Below, piece after piece: positions 1 to 9,099 of a stretch of DNA of 19,771 nucleotides. Made by a program: the position numbers and the translations under genes. Below the pieces are notes generated by a model. The model had not been told where the DNA came from. It did no database searches and worked only from the letters and a program-made list of their open reading frames with translations. Source of the DNA: an uncultured delta proteobacterium (GTDB taxonomy: Bacteria > Desulfobacterota > WTBG01 > CAIYCZ01). The DNA lies in NCBI GenBank assembly GCA_963803975.1, contig CAWDOY010000004.1, positions 1 to 19,771 on the forward strand. The letters are read 5' to 3'. The stretch's first letter is position 1, and the number at the start of each line of letters is the position of its first letter.

Positions 1-9
1 AGAAGAACA

Positions 10-1244
10 ATGAGTCTTGAAAAATACGCTCGAATTTGTGAACTGTGACGTTGCTCCATGTGCAAGTGGGTTCACCGTGGAGCGTCAGACGCATGACCGG
101 GCGCGCGTCCGCCCGTCAATGCAGGATACCTCTATGATGCCCTATTCAGCGCAGGGCCGCTTTACGTGGCGCCGGCGCCTGCTCGAGGCAGATAGAGCTC
201 ACGGACAAGGTGCTGGAGTTATGCCTCCACCGTGTCCGGCGGCTCGCGATGTGACCTGCAGTCCACCCGGATATGGAGCCGTGAGCGTGCGCACGGCTGC
301 GCAGATGTGCGTCGACGAGGGCAGGGGGCCCGCTGCCCGGGCACATGCCGGCGGTGGACAGCGTCCCCCCGCAAGCAGCGCTCCTGGCTGCAGCCGAAGG
401 CGAGGCGCCGGAACACTGGGCGCGGAACCTGAAAGTGAAAGACCTGAATAAAGAGAAAGCCGAGGTGCTCTACTTTGCCGGATGCACGTACTCTTACAAT
501 GCGAACCTGCAGAATGTGGCGCCGGCAACGCTGCGTATTCTGCAGAGCGCGGGAATGACGTGGGTATCCTGGGCAACAACGAAGCCTGCTGCGCGAGCCC
601 GGTATAAAGGTGGCACATGGATGGAATGTTTTCGAGCATGCGCGCAGTAATGTCAAGCTGTTCAACGGGTTCGGAGTAAAAAGGTCATAACGTCCTGCCA
701 GGCTGCTATGGAATCTTTCAGGGGCACTATCCGGGAGTGGAGACCATGAATTATGAAGTGGTGCAGCGTGAATCTTCTGGACGCAGCCTCATCCGCGAGG
801 GGAAGTGAAGTTTAAAAACAGGTGCCCTATGAAGGTCACCTGGCACGACCCCTGCCATCTGGGACGGCGGAAGGACGTTGGGAAGGTGAGCGCCTTAGTG
901 GGGCTCAGCGTGATCTGCCGCCGAACAGAGAAACTTCGGCTCAGCGGCGTGTTTGACGCGCCGCGCACTATTCTTCAGGCCATTCCCGGTATCGAGTTTG
1001 CCGAGATGGAAGCAGATACGGGAGTTTTCCTGGTGCTGCGGCGCAGGGGCGGCGTTAAATCAGCGTTTCCTGCGTTTGCGCTGCATTCCGCCCAGGAGCG
1101 CATTGCCGAAGCTTCCGAGACGGGGCGGAAGCAGTGGCCACCTCGTGCCCCTGGTGCGAGTTAAATCTTGCCGATGAAGCCGCAGCGTCTGGCAGCGCGC
1201 TTAAAATCGTGAGCCTGGTTGAGCTGATAGAGAAGGCGTTATAA
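10..1244 (+). pseudogene. (Fe-S)-binding CCG-domain oxidoreductase (GlpC/GlcF/HdrD-like); many frameshifts as sequenced, probably sequencing errors
   Basis: Fragments join across frames: ATG at 10 (MSLEKY...RCSMCKW, ferredoxin-like Cys motif), KVKDLNKEKAEVLYFAGCTYSY (ORF 345..650), KVTWHDPCHLGR and GVFDAPRTILQAIPG (805..1164), FSWCCGAG (953..1177), then ATSCPWCELNL...LVELIEKAL-TAA ending at 1244. HDPCHLGR, CCGAGGG and TxCPxC are CCG-domain hallmarks. Confidence 0.8.
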
Positions 1245-1280
1245 AAAACTGAACTGCTGCAGGAAGGAGGAAAAGAATTT

Positions 1281-2213
1281 ATGAAAGAGCGCTGCTCATC
1301 GTGCTGGCCGGATTTGCCTATTTTTTCGTGTCAGTGATGCTGTTCATTCCATTGCGGATGAAGCCCATCCCCAACTATAATCTGTTCTTTTTCTCCCTCA
1401 TGAGTGCAGTGTTTCTCTTCCTTTTCTATAAAGCCTGCACGGTCCAGCAGAGAAAGTACCGGCTATTTGTTCGCGCTGTTTGCCGGCAATGCACTGTGGC
1501 AGGTGATTGGAGAGCTTGCCTCGTTGCGGGTAACACAAGGTATGATACTGCAGTTCAGCGATGTTAATATCAAGCTGGTGGGCGGGTACCTGTATGTTCT
1601 CGCTGGCTGGATTCTGCTCTTCATCATGTGGAAGACACAGGTGCTGCGCAAAAGGATCTGTTTTTGTTTCGTGATATTCCTGGGCATATGGTCTCTGGAG
1701 CTGTACCTTGACAACTACTCTTCTTCCGTGCCGGTTGAATTGATGCCCCGGGTTGCCAACATAATCGGCACGGTATTTATTATCGTGTCCATGGTACTAC
1801 TCTTTCTTGCCAGAAAAGCGGCAAGCATCCAGAAACAGACGGTACTGGGCGGCCTGCTGTATTTATCGGTCTCCATAGTGCTGATGGCATTTACCCAGTG
1901 GCAGAAGCCGCAAACGTTTTATCTGCTGCATGAGAAACCAATGATAGAACACGAGATAAAGGCGCTGCAGGAGGAACTGGCATATCTCAACCAGCTGCGG
2001 GAAAAGCTCGGCATTCGCGAAGGTGCTTCCCTGTCTGAGCAGCTGAGCATAAAGCAGGTCCAGGAAAGCCGCCGTCAGCACAGTAGCAGGAGAGGGCAGC
2101 GAAAGAAACAGATGCGGTACATAGCACAGGAGGCGGAAAAGGAGCATGCGTTACGATGTTGCAGTAGTGGGAGCGGGACCGGCAGGGCTGATGGCGGCAA
2201 AGACAGCGGCTGA
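1281..2213 (+). CDS. Multi-pass membrane protein of unknown function with a predicted C-terminal coiled coil (frameshifted; 3' end uncertain)
   Basis: GGAGG Shine-Dalgarno before ATG 1281. Hydrophobic segments continue from ORF 1301..1567 into ORF 1404..2213 (about 7 TM-like stretches), followed by EHEIKALQEELAYLNQLREKL. The annotated end overlaps the next gene, so the true stop may lie earlier. Confidence 0.6.
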
Positions 2214-3417
2214 ACATGGGCTCAGGACAGTACTCCTTGAAAAAAGGAAAGACGTTTCTAAAATAACCCGTGCCTGCTGCCAGCAGTTTATAATGGACGA
2301 GAACTTTCAGGGAGAAACCATTACGCATTGACCAAGGGAAAAGTAATTTTTACAAAGAACGGGTTTGACGTTGATTACCAGGGCCCGCTTCTGAATGTTA
2401 CGGATAAATATTTTGTCTCGCCCGGTGGACATGCGATTCACTTTACCAATAATGACAACTGCCCGATTGTAGTTAAATTTGATAAGGGCCTTCTGTTGCA
2501 GGGAATATGGAACCAGTGCGACAGGCTGGGTGTGACATTACGCGATGGCGCACTTGTCTGCAAAGCTGAAGATAGAAGCACCGGCGTTGAGATGACCATA
2601 AACGCTGGCGGAGTTTCCGAAAAACTGCATGCAAAGAAGCTCATAGTTGCAGATGGCGTCAATTCAAAAACAGCGGGAATACTCGGTCTCAACCAGAGCA
2701 GGACATGTTTTGCAACAGCTCTGTGCACTCTCTCGGTAATTGAAGGACTTCAGGATTTTGAGCCGTGCACGTTAAAAGCTTTATGGGCTGCGCCTATCAA
2801 TCCTTTGCACCCTTAATTATGGGGCCTGCGCTGGAGGGAAGCGATCTCAGGTATCTGGTCATCATAGCCAATAAGAACAAAACCCGAGCAGATCTATCAG
2901 GATGTCGTCACCAAGAGCCCTCTGGCAACAATGTTTGCCAATGCACGGGTCGTTAAGAAAATGGCCTGCATGGCAACAGCATACAGTTCCCTGAAGATTC
3001 CGTACAGGGGCAATGCTCTTGATAATTGGCGATGCGGCAGCCTATGTGGAGGTTGAAACGCAGGGGCGCTCACCTGCGGCTTTCGTGCCGGCACTGCTGT
3101 GTATCAGGAACTCTCCGGTATGGACGGCTTTGCGGAATACACCAGGTGGTGGCAGGATACCTTTGAATTTAACAGTGATGATTATCTTCAGGTGGCCCAG
3201 GGCTTTGCTCTGGTTCCAACGTATACCGATGATGAGACTCGATTACCTTTTTGCATTGATCGAAAATGAGACCTTGGAAGGGACTTTTAACCAGTACAAG
3301 TCGCCCCGGCTTATGTGGAAAGCGTTTCTCAGGCACACGGAAAGAATTGCCCGTGAACGGCCCGAACTGCACCAGAAAATACTTACCCGGAAATTATCTC
3401 TGAGCGATGTTCTGTAG
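2146..3417 (+). CDS. NAD(P)/FAD-dependent oxidoreductase, geranylgeranyl reductase/FixC-like family (several frameshifts)
   Basis: AAGGAG SD. N-terminal YDVAVVGAGPAGLMAAKTAAEHGLRTVLLEKR Rossmann motif, LIVADGVNS (2328..2816) and IIGDAAA (3013..) FAD motifs. Fragments join into one protein of about 420 aa ending at TAG 3417. Confidence 0.82.
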
Positions 3418-3562
3418 TATATCTGCGGGTAACAGTTAAGGCCCGCTCAGTCAGAGAAACCCGGCCCATTTGTTTATACAAGACTCCGCAAACAATTGTT
3501 ACATATGAATAAATATGAAAGATGAATATAGAATTATAATTTATTAAAAAAGGAGAAGCACC

Positions 3563-4352
3563 ATGAACAAAGCAGAAAATTTTAATCGCGATGATTGCAG
3601 CCGGCCTCGTAGCCCTGGGAGGCTACGGGGTGCAGTCTGCAGCAGCAAAAGAGAAAAAGCAGGCGCCGGCCGCAGAGCAGAAAAAAGCGGCATCCATTGA
3701 TGCCGCGGCAAAGCTGAGTGAAAACCACCCTGACTTTGAAGAGGGAACAAGCTGCAACGACTGCCATGAAGTAAAGCTTGACGCCAAGACAACCGCCACG
3801 CAGGCCTGGCTGTATGGCGACTACCTCTCATGGAAAAAAGGCGAGGGCGTTATGCCGAAGGATAAACTCTGGGAGCATATAGTAAAGGTTATCGGCGGCT
3901 CGAAGAGCAAAGAAGACCTACATCCTCGCGACCGTCCTCAATAACCGGCCCTATGCGATTACTATTGAATACGCTCTTGATCCCGGTAAAAAAGGTCATG
4001 TACGCATTCTCTGAAAAGGGTACCTCAAAGCTCAATCAGATAAAAGCAAATCCCTATGTGGCTCTGGGGTGGCATGAAGAATTCAAGAACGACTTCACCA
4101 AGCTGCTCTGCGTATCTCTTAACGGCCGCGCCGAGCTTTTCGACGGAGCATCCAAAGAGTTTGATGAGGGATCTGAGCGTGTACCCCTATGAATACGGCG
4201 CCAACATGAGAAAAATCCCCTTGGACAAATTCAAGGCGATTATGAAACAGGCTATGATTATGAGCAGAATTACCCTGGATGAAGTCACCGTCACCGATAC
4301 TTCTTTAAAGGACGAGGGATTCAGAACCAGACAACGCTGGATGCGAAAGTAG
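3563..4352 (+). CDS. Exported mono-heme c-type cytochrome (CNDCH) fused to a pyridoxamine-5'-phosphate-oxidase-like split-barrel domain (four +1 frameshifts)
   Basis: AAGGAG SD then ATG 3563. Rebuilt N-terminus MNKQKILIAMIAAGLVALGGYGVQSAAA is signal-peptide-like. CxxCH at 3753-3767. It continues KKTYILATVLNNRPYAITIEYALDP / VMYAFSEKGTSKLNQIKANPYVAL / LSVYPYEY...RQRWMRK-TAG, with the LAT..P and K..QI..NP.V split-barrel motifs. Confidence 0.7.
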
Positions 4353-4370
4353 CATAGAAAAGGAAAAGCC

Positions 4371-5577
4371 ATGCTGAACAAGGTCGTTATTGCCAGCGCC
4401 TGCCGGACACCGATAGGCGATTTACTGGGCACGCTGAAAGATGTTCACCCCCGGGAACTGGGCCGTATCGTCGGAGCGGAAGCTCTGAAACGGGCGGGCC
4501 TTGCTCCCGGACAGGTAGATGAACTGGTGTGCGGAAATGTAATCCAGGCAGGGGTGGCGGCAAATATCTGCGCGCCAGATTCAGGCAGCGCTCGGCATTC
4601 CCTGGCAGGCGCCGGCCTGCACCGTGAACCAGCTCTGCGCCTCGTCAATGCGCGCTTTTGAAATTGCCAGCCACAACATCATGGTCGGCGCGAGCAGTGT
4701 TTCTCTGGTGGTGGGAACCGAGAGCATGAGCGGCGCGCCGTATCTGCTGCTGAAAGGAAGAAGCGGCTACCGGATGGGTTCCGGTGTCATCGAAGACGCC
4801 ATGCTGCTTGACGCTCTCGTTTGTTCCATAGAGCATTACCATATGGGAGCGACTGCAGAAAACGTGGCAGCCGCGTTCGGCATCACCCGGGAAGAGCAGG
4901 ACCGGCTGGGAGTCTTGAGCCAGGAGCGGGCCATTGCCGCCATAAAGAGCGGTAAATTCCGTGATGAGATAGTGCCCGTTGAAATTAAAGAGAAAAAGGG
5001 TGTCAGGCTGTTTGATACTGATGAGCATCCGCGCGAAGGCACTACCATGGAGGCGCTGGCAAAGCTGAAGACAGTTTTTAAAGAAAACGGCACGGTAACA
5101 GCAGGTAATGCCTCAGGCGTTAATGACGGTGCTGCCGCCGCGGTGCTCATGTCGGAAGAGAAAGCAAAAGAGCTCGGCATCAAACCGCTTGCCCGTGTGG
5201 TAACAACGGTGAGCGCCGGGGTTGACCCCGCCGTGATGGGGCTGGGGCCCTCTGTTGCCATCCCCCTGGCACTAAAGAGAGCGCAGCTTACATTTTCTGA
5301 TATTAATTACTGGGAGGTTAACGAAGCGTTTGCCGCGCAGTTCATAGGCGTTGAGCGCAAATTAAAGCTTGACTATAACTTTGAATTTAATATGGATATA
5401 GTGAACCGGAACGGTTCCGGCATATCGCTGGGACATCCGGTCGGCTGTTCAGGCTTGCGGGTGATAGTAACCCTGCTGCACGAGATGCAGAAGATGAACG
5501 CCCGGCTCGGGTGCGCGTCTCTGTGCGCCGGTGGCGGGCCGGCGATGGCAGCGATTATTGAGCGGGATGGGGGGTAA
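4371..5577 (+). CDS. Acetyl-CoA C-acyltransferase (thiolase); one +1 frameshift near 4570
   Basis: [12 protein letters not shown] start, active-site [34 protein letters not shown] and SLCAGGG motifs across ORFs 4371..4661 and 4624..5577. Confidence 0.93.
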
Positions 5578-5613
5578 ACAAGGAAACTACAGAGAATCCG
5601 GGAAGGGAAAGCG

Positions 5614-7061
5614 ATGAAGGTTTTGAAATGGATAGTTGATACTGCTGATCATTGTTGTCGGCGCGGGCTACGGGATTATATCAATATAAAAATCAGCGGC
5701 TCAAGCCCGACTATTTTGAAGTCTATAAAAAACAGGACACCACCCCGGTAGGCAAAGTGGGCGTGTTTATTACGACACTCATCATGCCCGAGGAACTGAG
5801 CTACCCCTTCTTTTACAACGTCACATTTAAAATCTTCAACACCATCGTGCCCTGGCCCTTCAGGAATTTTGTGCAGAAGGATTCAGGCGTTGCACTTCTT
5901 GATCCGGTAAAATATCACGAACATAACGAATTCCAGCCGACGAAACTGGTCGATCCCTTCGGCAATGACCGGGACCTTGACGGCACGCCCTACGTGGAAA
6001 AGTATAAGCAGGGCCAGATGAAATGGATACCGCCATCGAAGATGATTTACCTTGATCACGGGTACTTTCTCTATGCGGGGCGGCAGGGTGGTATGCCATC
6101 CATTGCCGGCAAGGTTATGAACAAGGCGCACATCTGGTACTATGGCAAGGGGCTGGGAAGCACGAAACTGCCCCACTGGCAGCAGACCTTCGCCGTTATA
6201 GACGGCGCCATGGACCGAATAAAGCAGAAATACCCCGACGTGCAGTGGCGGGCGGAAACCAGCATGCTGTATGCTGACATGAGACACAAGCTGCATGAGC
6301 TGCTTGACGCGGGCTGCGATACCATTGTGCTGTCATCACCGCTTGCCATGTATTCACATTTTGAGGACTTCAACTCCGGGTTCCGGCATTCAATTGAGTA
6401 CATCGAAGAGTGGGAGCACGAGCACCCGGGTAAAAAGATCAAGGTAATCATGGCGCCGCCCATGGGAAACTATAAGCCCATGCGGGATGCATATCTGCAG
6501 ATGCTGAAAGACCGGCTGGACAGCCTGCCGAAAAACGCCTCGGTGATGGTGGCGGTGACCGTGCATGGCATGCCGTGGGACAAGTTCAAATGGGAGGCAT
6601 GGCTTGAGCTTGCCCCGGCATACCGGGACAAACTTTTTGAAGAGGTCAAGCAGATGGTTGCATCCTACAAGTTTCCGAAGACCAATGTGGTGCAGTGCCA
6701 GGATGAGTTTGCAGACCCCATCTGGGACCCACAGCAGAAATACCTCTCCACCAACCGCGCCTACTGGGCCGCCATAAAAGAAGGCTATGACTACGCCATT
6801 GGCCTTCCCATAGAATTTTATGCCGAAAATTCCGACACCATGTTTCACCACGCGCTGAAAAACTACAAGGATTTTGACCAGTATGATGTGTATAAGCAGA
6901 TAAATTACACGGACTGGTCGCAACCCTATGTCAGAGAAATGGTGCAGGGCAAAACTCATGTCATATATAACGGGGTGCCGGTCGGCAAGTACCAGCCCTA
7001 CGTTATTGATGCTCTTTACCAGTCTCTGGATAGCATTCTATCCAAGCGTGCAGGGAAATAA
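5614..7061 (+). CDS. Ferrochelatase-like (class II chelatase fold) protein with N-terminal membrane anchor or signal; two +1 shifts in the first 60 nt
   Basis: ATG 5614 gives MKVLKWIV-ILLIIVVGAGY-GLYQYK after removing two extra bases. The body (ORF 5652..7061) has LLDAGCDTIVLSSPLAMYS, VTVHGMP and LPIEFYAENSDTM, which parallel the HemH motifs G..ivvlPLyPqyS, SaHGlP and PigFvsDhlETl. Confidence 0.6.
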
Positions 7062-7133
7062 AACCTACCCTGATCTGATAACGGTTTTACCTTTTTTATC
7101 CCCATTCTTACCCGGCGGATGATTCCTTTTTTA

Positions 7134-7162
7134 TTGACCTGAAGATAAAAACATAGTACATT
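7134..7162 (+). promoter_or_regulatory. Putative sigma70 promoter for tetR and the downstream cluster
   Basis: TTGACC (7134-7139), 17-bp spacer, TACATT (7157-7162) in an AT-rich intergenic region. Confidence 0.65.
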
Positions 7163-7163
7163 G

Positions 7164-7185
7164 AAATTGAATCCATATTCAATTT
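7164..7185. promoter_or_regulatory. Palindromic operator, likely bound by the adjacent TetR
   Basis: Perfect inverted repeat AAATTGAAT-CCAT-ATTCAATTT just downstream of the -10 box, covering the expected transcription start. Confidence 0.65.
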
Positions 7186-7253
7186 ACCTCCTTATTGGTT
7201 AAAAATATATAATATTCCTTTATATAATTTAAATTAACCCACCTTTATGTCTT

Positions 7254-7874
7254 ATGGGCGATTCAAAAAAAACGAAAATACTGAATGCAGCAATTAAAGT
7301 TTTTGCAGAAAAGGGCTACCAGTATGCGACCATAGCCGAGATCGCCAGAGAAGCAGGTATTTCAACAGGGCTTGTCTACTCATATTTTGAGAACAAGCTG
7401 GATTTGCTGCTGTCGCTCAATCTCCGTTTTTTCCAGATGGTTAATGTCATAAACCAGAAAAAACTTGCGCAGATATCAGACCCGGTGGAAAAGCTGTTCG
7501 CGCTGTTCCGGACGTATCATGAAATACTGCTCCACGATAAGAAATCACTCTACTGGGGCACTATTATCAGGGAAGGGTTCCCGCAGCCGCACATGGTTAA
7601 AAGTAAAAAATTGAAGCAGAAGCAGAGTAAAATCTATGAGGAGAACAAACAGCTCCTTAAAACCATCGATGACATAGTAGCGGAGGGACAGCGGAGGGGG
7701 AAAATCGATACTACGTTAAAGCCCCAGCTGCTGCGGCAGATCTTCGGCGGCACCAGCCAGATTCTGTTCAACGGGCTGTTTCTGCAGGACTACCGTCAGG
7801 AAGAAATCGGATATGATAGAGAGGATATCCCCAAAGCCATGACAGCGCTGCTGGGGAAATTTGTAACCAGATAA
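7254..7874 (+). CDS. TetR/AcrR family transcriptional regulator
   Basis: KILNAAIKVFAEKGYQYATIAEIAREAGISTGLVYSYFENKLDLL is a TetR_N HTH; 206 aa, intact. Confidence 0.95.
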   Translation: MGDSKKTKILNAAIKVFAEKGYQYATIAEIAREAGISTGLVYSYFENKLDLLLSLNLRFFQMVNVINQKKLAQISDPVEKLFALFRTYHEILLHDKKSLYWGTIIREGFPQPHMVKSKKLKQKQSKIYEENKQLLKTIDDIVAEGQRRGKIDTTLKPQLLRQIFGGTSQILFNGLFLQDYRQEEIGYDREDIPKAMTALLGKFVTR

Positions 7875-7955
7875 TCATCATGCACCAGCATTGCCGCACC
7901 AGGAAGCCGGCAGCCGACCAGATGACTGCACTACTGAATTGACAGGAGCATTGGT

Positions 7956-8195
7956 ATGAATGTACAGAGCCAGGGAAAAATTAAAAAAACAGTTTTCAGC
8001 GTTGATGAAGCGCTGTGCACCGGATGCGGAAAATGCGTCAAAGCGTGCCCCATGCTGATTTTGAAAATTAAAGAAAAGAAGTGCATCATGGTGAAGGAAT
8101 TCATGTGCCTTGAATGCGGCACCTGCATGCGCAAATGCCCGGAAAAGGCCATTATGATTGAAGGGCTTGATATCATGGGAACCATAGAAGAATAA
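7956..8195 (+). CDS. 2[4Fe-4S] bacterial-type ferredoxin
   Basis: CTGCGKCVKACP and CLECGTCMRKCP motifs; AGGAG SD; 79 aa. Confidence 0.92.
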   Translation: MNVQSQGKIKKTVFSVDEALCTGCGKCVKACPMLILKIKEKKCIMVKEFMCLECGTCMRKCPEKAIMIEGLDIMGTIEE

Positions 8196-8216
8196 CAGGA
8201 AAGGGGAAACAATACG

Positions 8217-8942
8217 ATGGAGGAGAAAATTCAATTCACGCCGTTTACTAAAATTCTTTTTGAGCTGCTTGCGGAACTGAACCCGGTCCAGGTCTATGAC
8301 TACGAGGGCATGGACATCCGGGATATCAATGAGTTTGAGCTGGAGGGGGAGAAGTGCTCGGCCAAATGCTACAAGGCTGACAAGCTGGAAAAAATCTGCG
8401 TGTCGTCGCTGAACTTTTTCGGCCAGATGGTGGCGGATGTCATCATTATCACGCCGGGGCATGAGTATGACATGCCGTACTTTGTCGTGGACTGGGACGA
8501 GTCGGAAGATCACATCTTTTTCATCGCCGACCTGCTCCCGAGCGATGACCCCGGGAGAAACCTCGATTATCTTGAAAACTATCTTTATAACCCCCTCGAA
8601 GAGCTCTATCAGAACTACAGTGAAATGCCCGGTCTGAAAAACAGCGTGTTTCACTGGGTGCGCGCGATCCATTCACCCTACATCATCACCGGAACCATAA
8701 AAAAAGAGCCGAAGAACATGGACATGCTTCTGAACTGCGCCAAAGATTATTTAAAGGCGTGGGTCGGGCTCTGGAAAAACGCGCAACCGCGCGACCCCAA
8801 CTCTGACTATATGAAGCTGGTGTACGCGCGCAGGGCCAACATCAGAAAGTTCTACCGCGAAAACGACCCGGGCGCAGGCCCGCTGACCAAATTTTTAGGG
8901 CCTGACCAGGCACAGCGGCTGCTCGCCGTTATAGAACCATGA
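8217..8942 (+). CDS. Ferredoxin-dependent bilin reductase / red chlorophyll catabolite reductase-like protein (paralog 1)
   Basis: 241 aa. P..EYDMPYFVVD, IADLLP, NLDYLENY, WVRAIHSPY, DYLKAW and C-terminal ENDPG..PLTKFLGPDQAQRLL follow the order and spacing of FDBR/RCCR motifs (PcyA, PebA/B, HY2, RCCR). Recognised by eye. Confidence 0.72.
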   Translation: MEEKIQFTPFTKILFELLAELNPVQVYDYEGMDIRDINEFELEGEKCSAKCYKADKLEKICVSSLNFFGQMVADVIIITPGHEYDMPYFVVDWDESEDHIFFIADLLPSDDPGRNLDYLENYLYNPLEELYQNYSEMPGLKNSVFHWVRAIHSPYIITGTIKKEPKNMDMLLNCAKDYLKAWVGLWKNAQPRDPNSDYMKLVYARRANIRKFYRENDPGAGPLTKFLGPDQAQRLLAVIEP

Positions 8943-8962
8943 TTAATGCTACGGGGGTTGAA

Positions 8963-9039
8963 GACACAGAATATTGCTACAGGGCACACAGAGAAACAGG
9001 ATTTGAAAAATTTTAAAAACCCTCTGTGACCTCTGTGTC
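8963..9039. repeat. Intergenic CACAGAG/CTCTGTG imperfect inverted repeat
   Basis: GACACAGA (8963-8970) and CACAGAG (8987-8993) face CTCTGTG (9022-9028) and TCTGTGTC (9032-9039). Related half-copies lie at 10787-10796 and 13933-13950. Confidence 0.6.
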
Positions 9040-9099
9040 AGCAGTTTTTCAGTGTTCTGGTTTGTTTCAACAATACGCAAACAAAAAGGAGGAGATGCC

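Noticed and set aside
46..48. In-frame TGA just before RCSMC, a possible selenocysteine codon
   Set aside because: It would give U-x-C spacing rather than CxxCxxC. A neighbouring frame reads N-C, so a single indel in this error-rich stretch explains it.
2146..3417. Calling the flavoprotein bchP/chlP
   Set aside because: Only general FAD-binding family motifs are visible and there are no photosynthesis genes in the window.
3491..3540. AACAATTGTT palindrome, ATGAA repeats and TATAAT upstream of the cytochrome fusion, as a second TetR site or promoter
   Set aside because: TGAAT-AAAT-ATGAA matches the operator only partly and there is no -35 at correct spacing. Such matches are expected in AT-rich DNA.
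5614..7061. Assigning hemH
   Set aside because: Size, N-terminal anchor and the altered acidic motif differ from canonical ferrochelatase.
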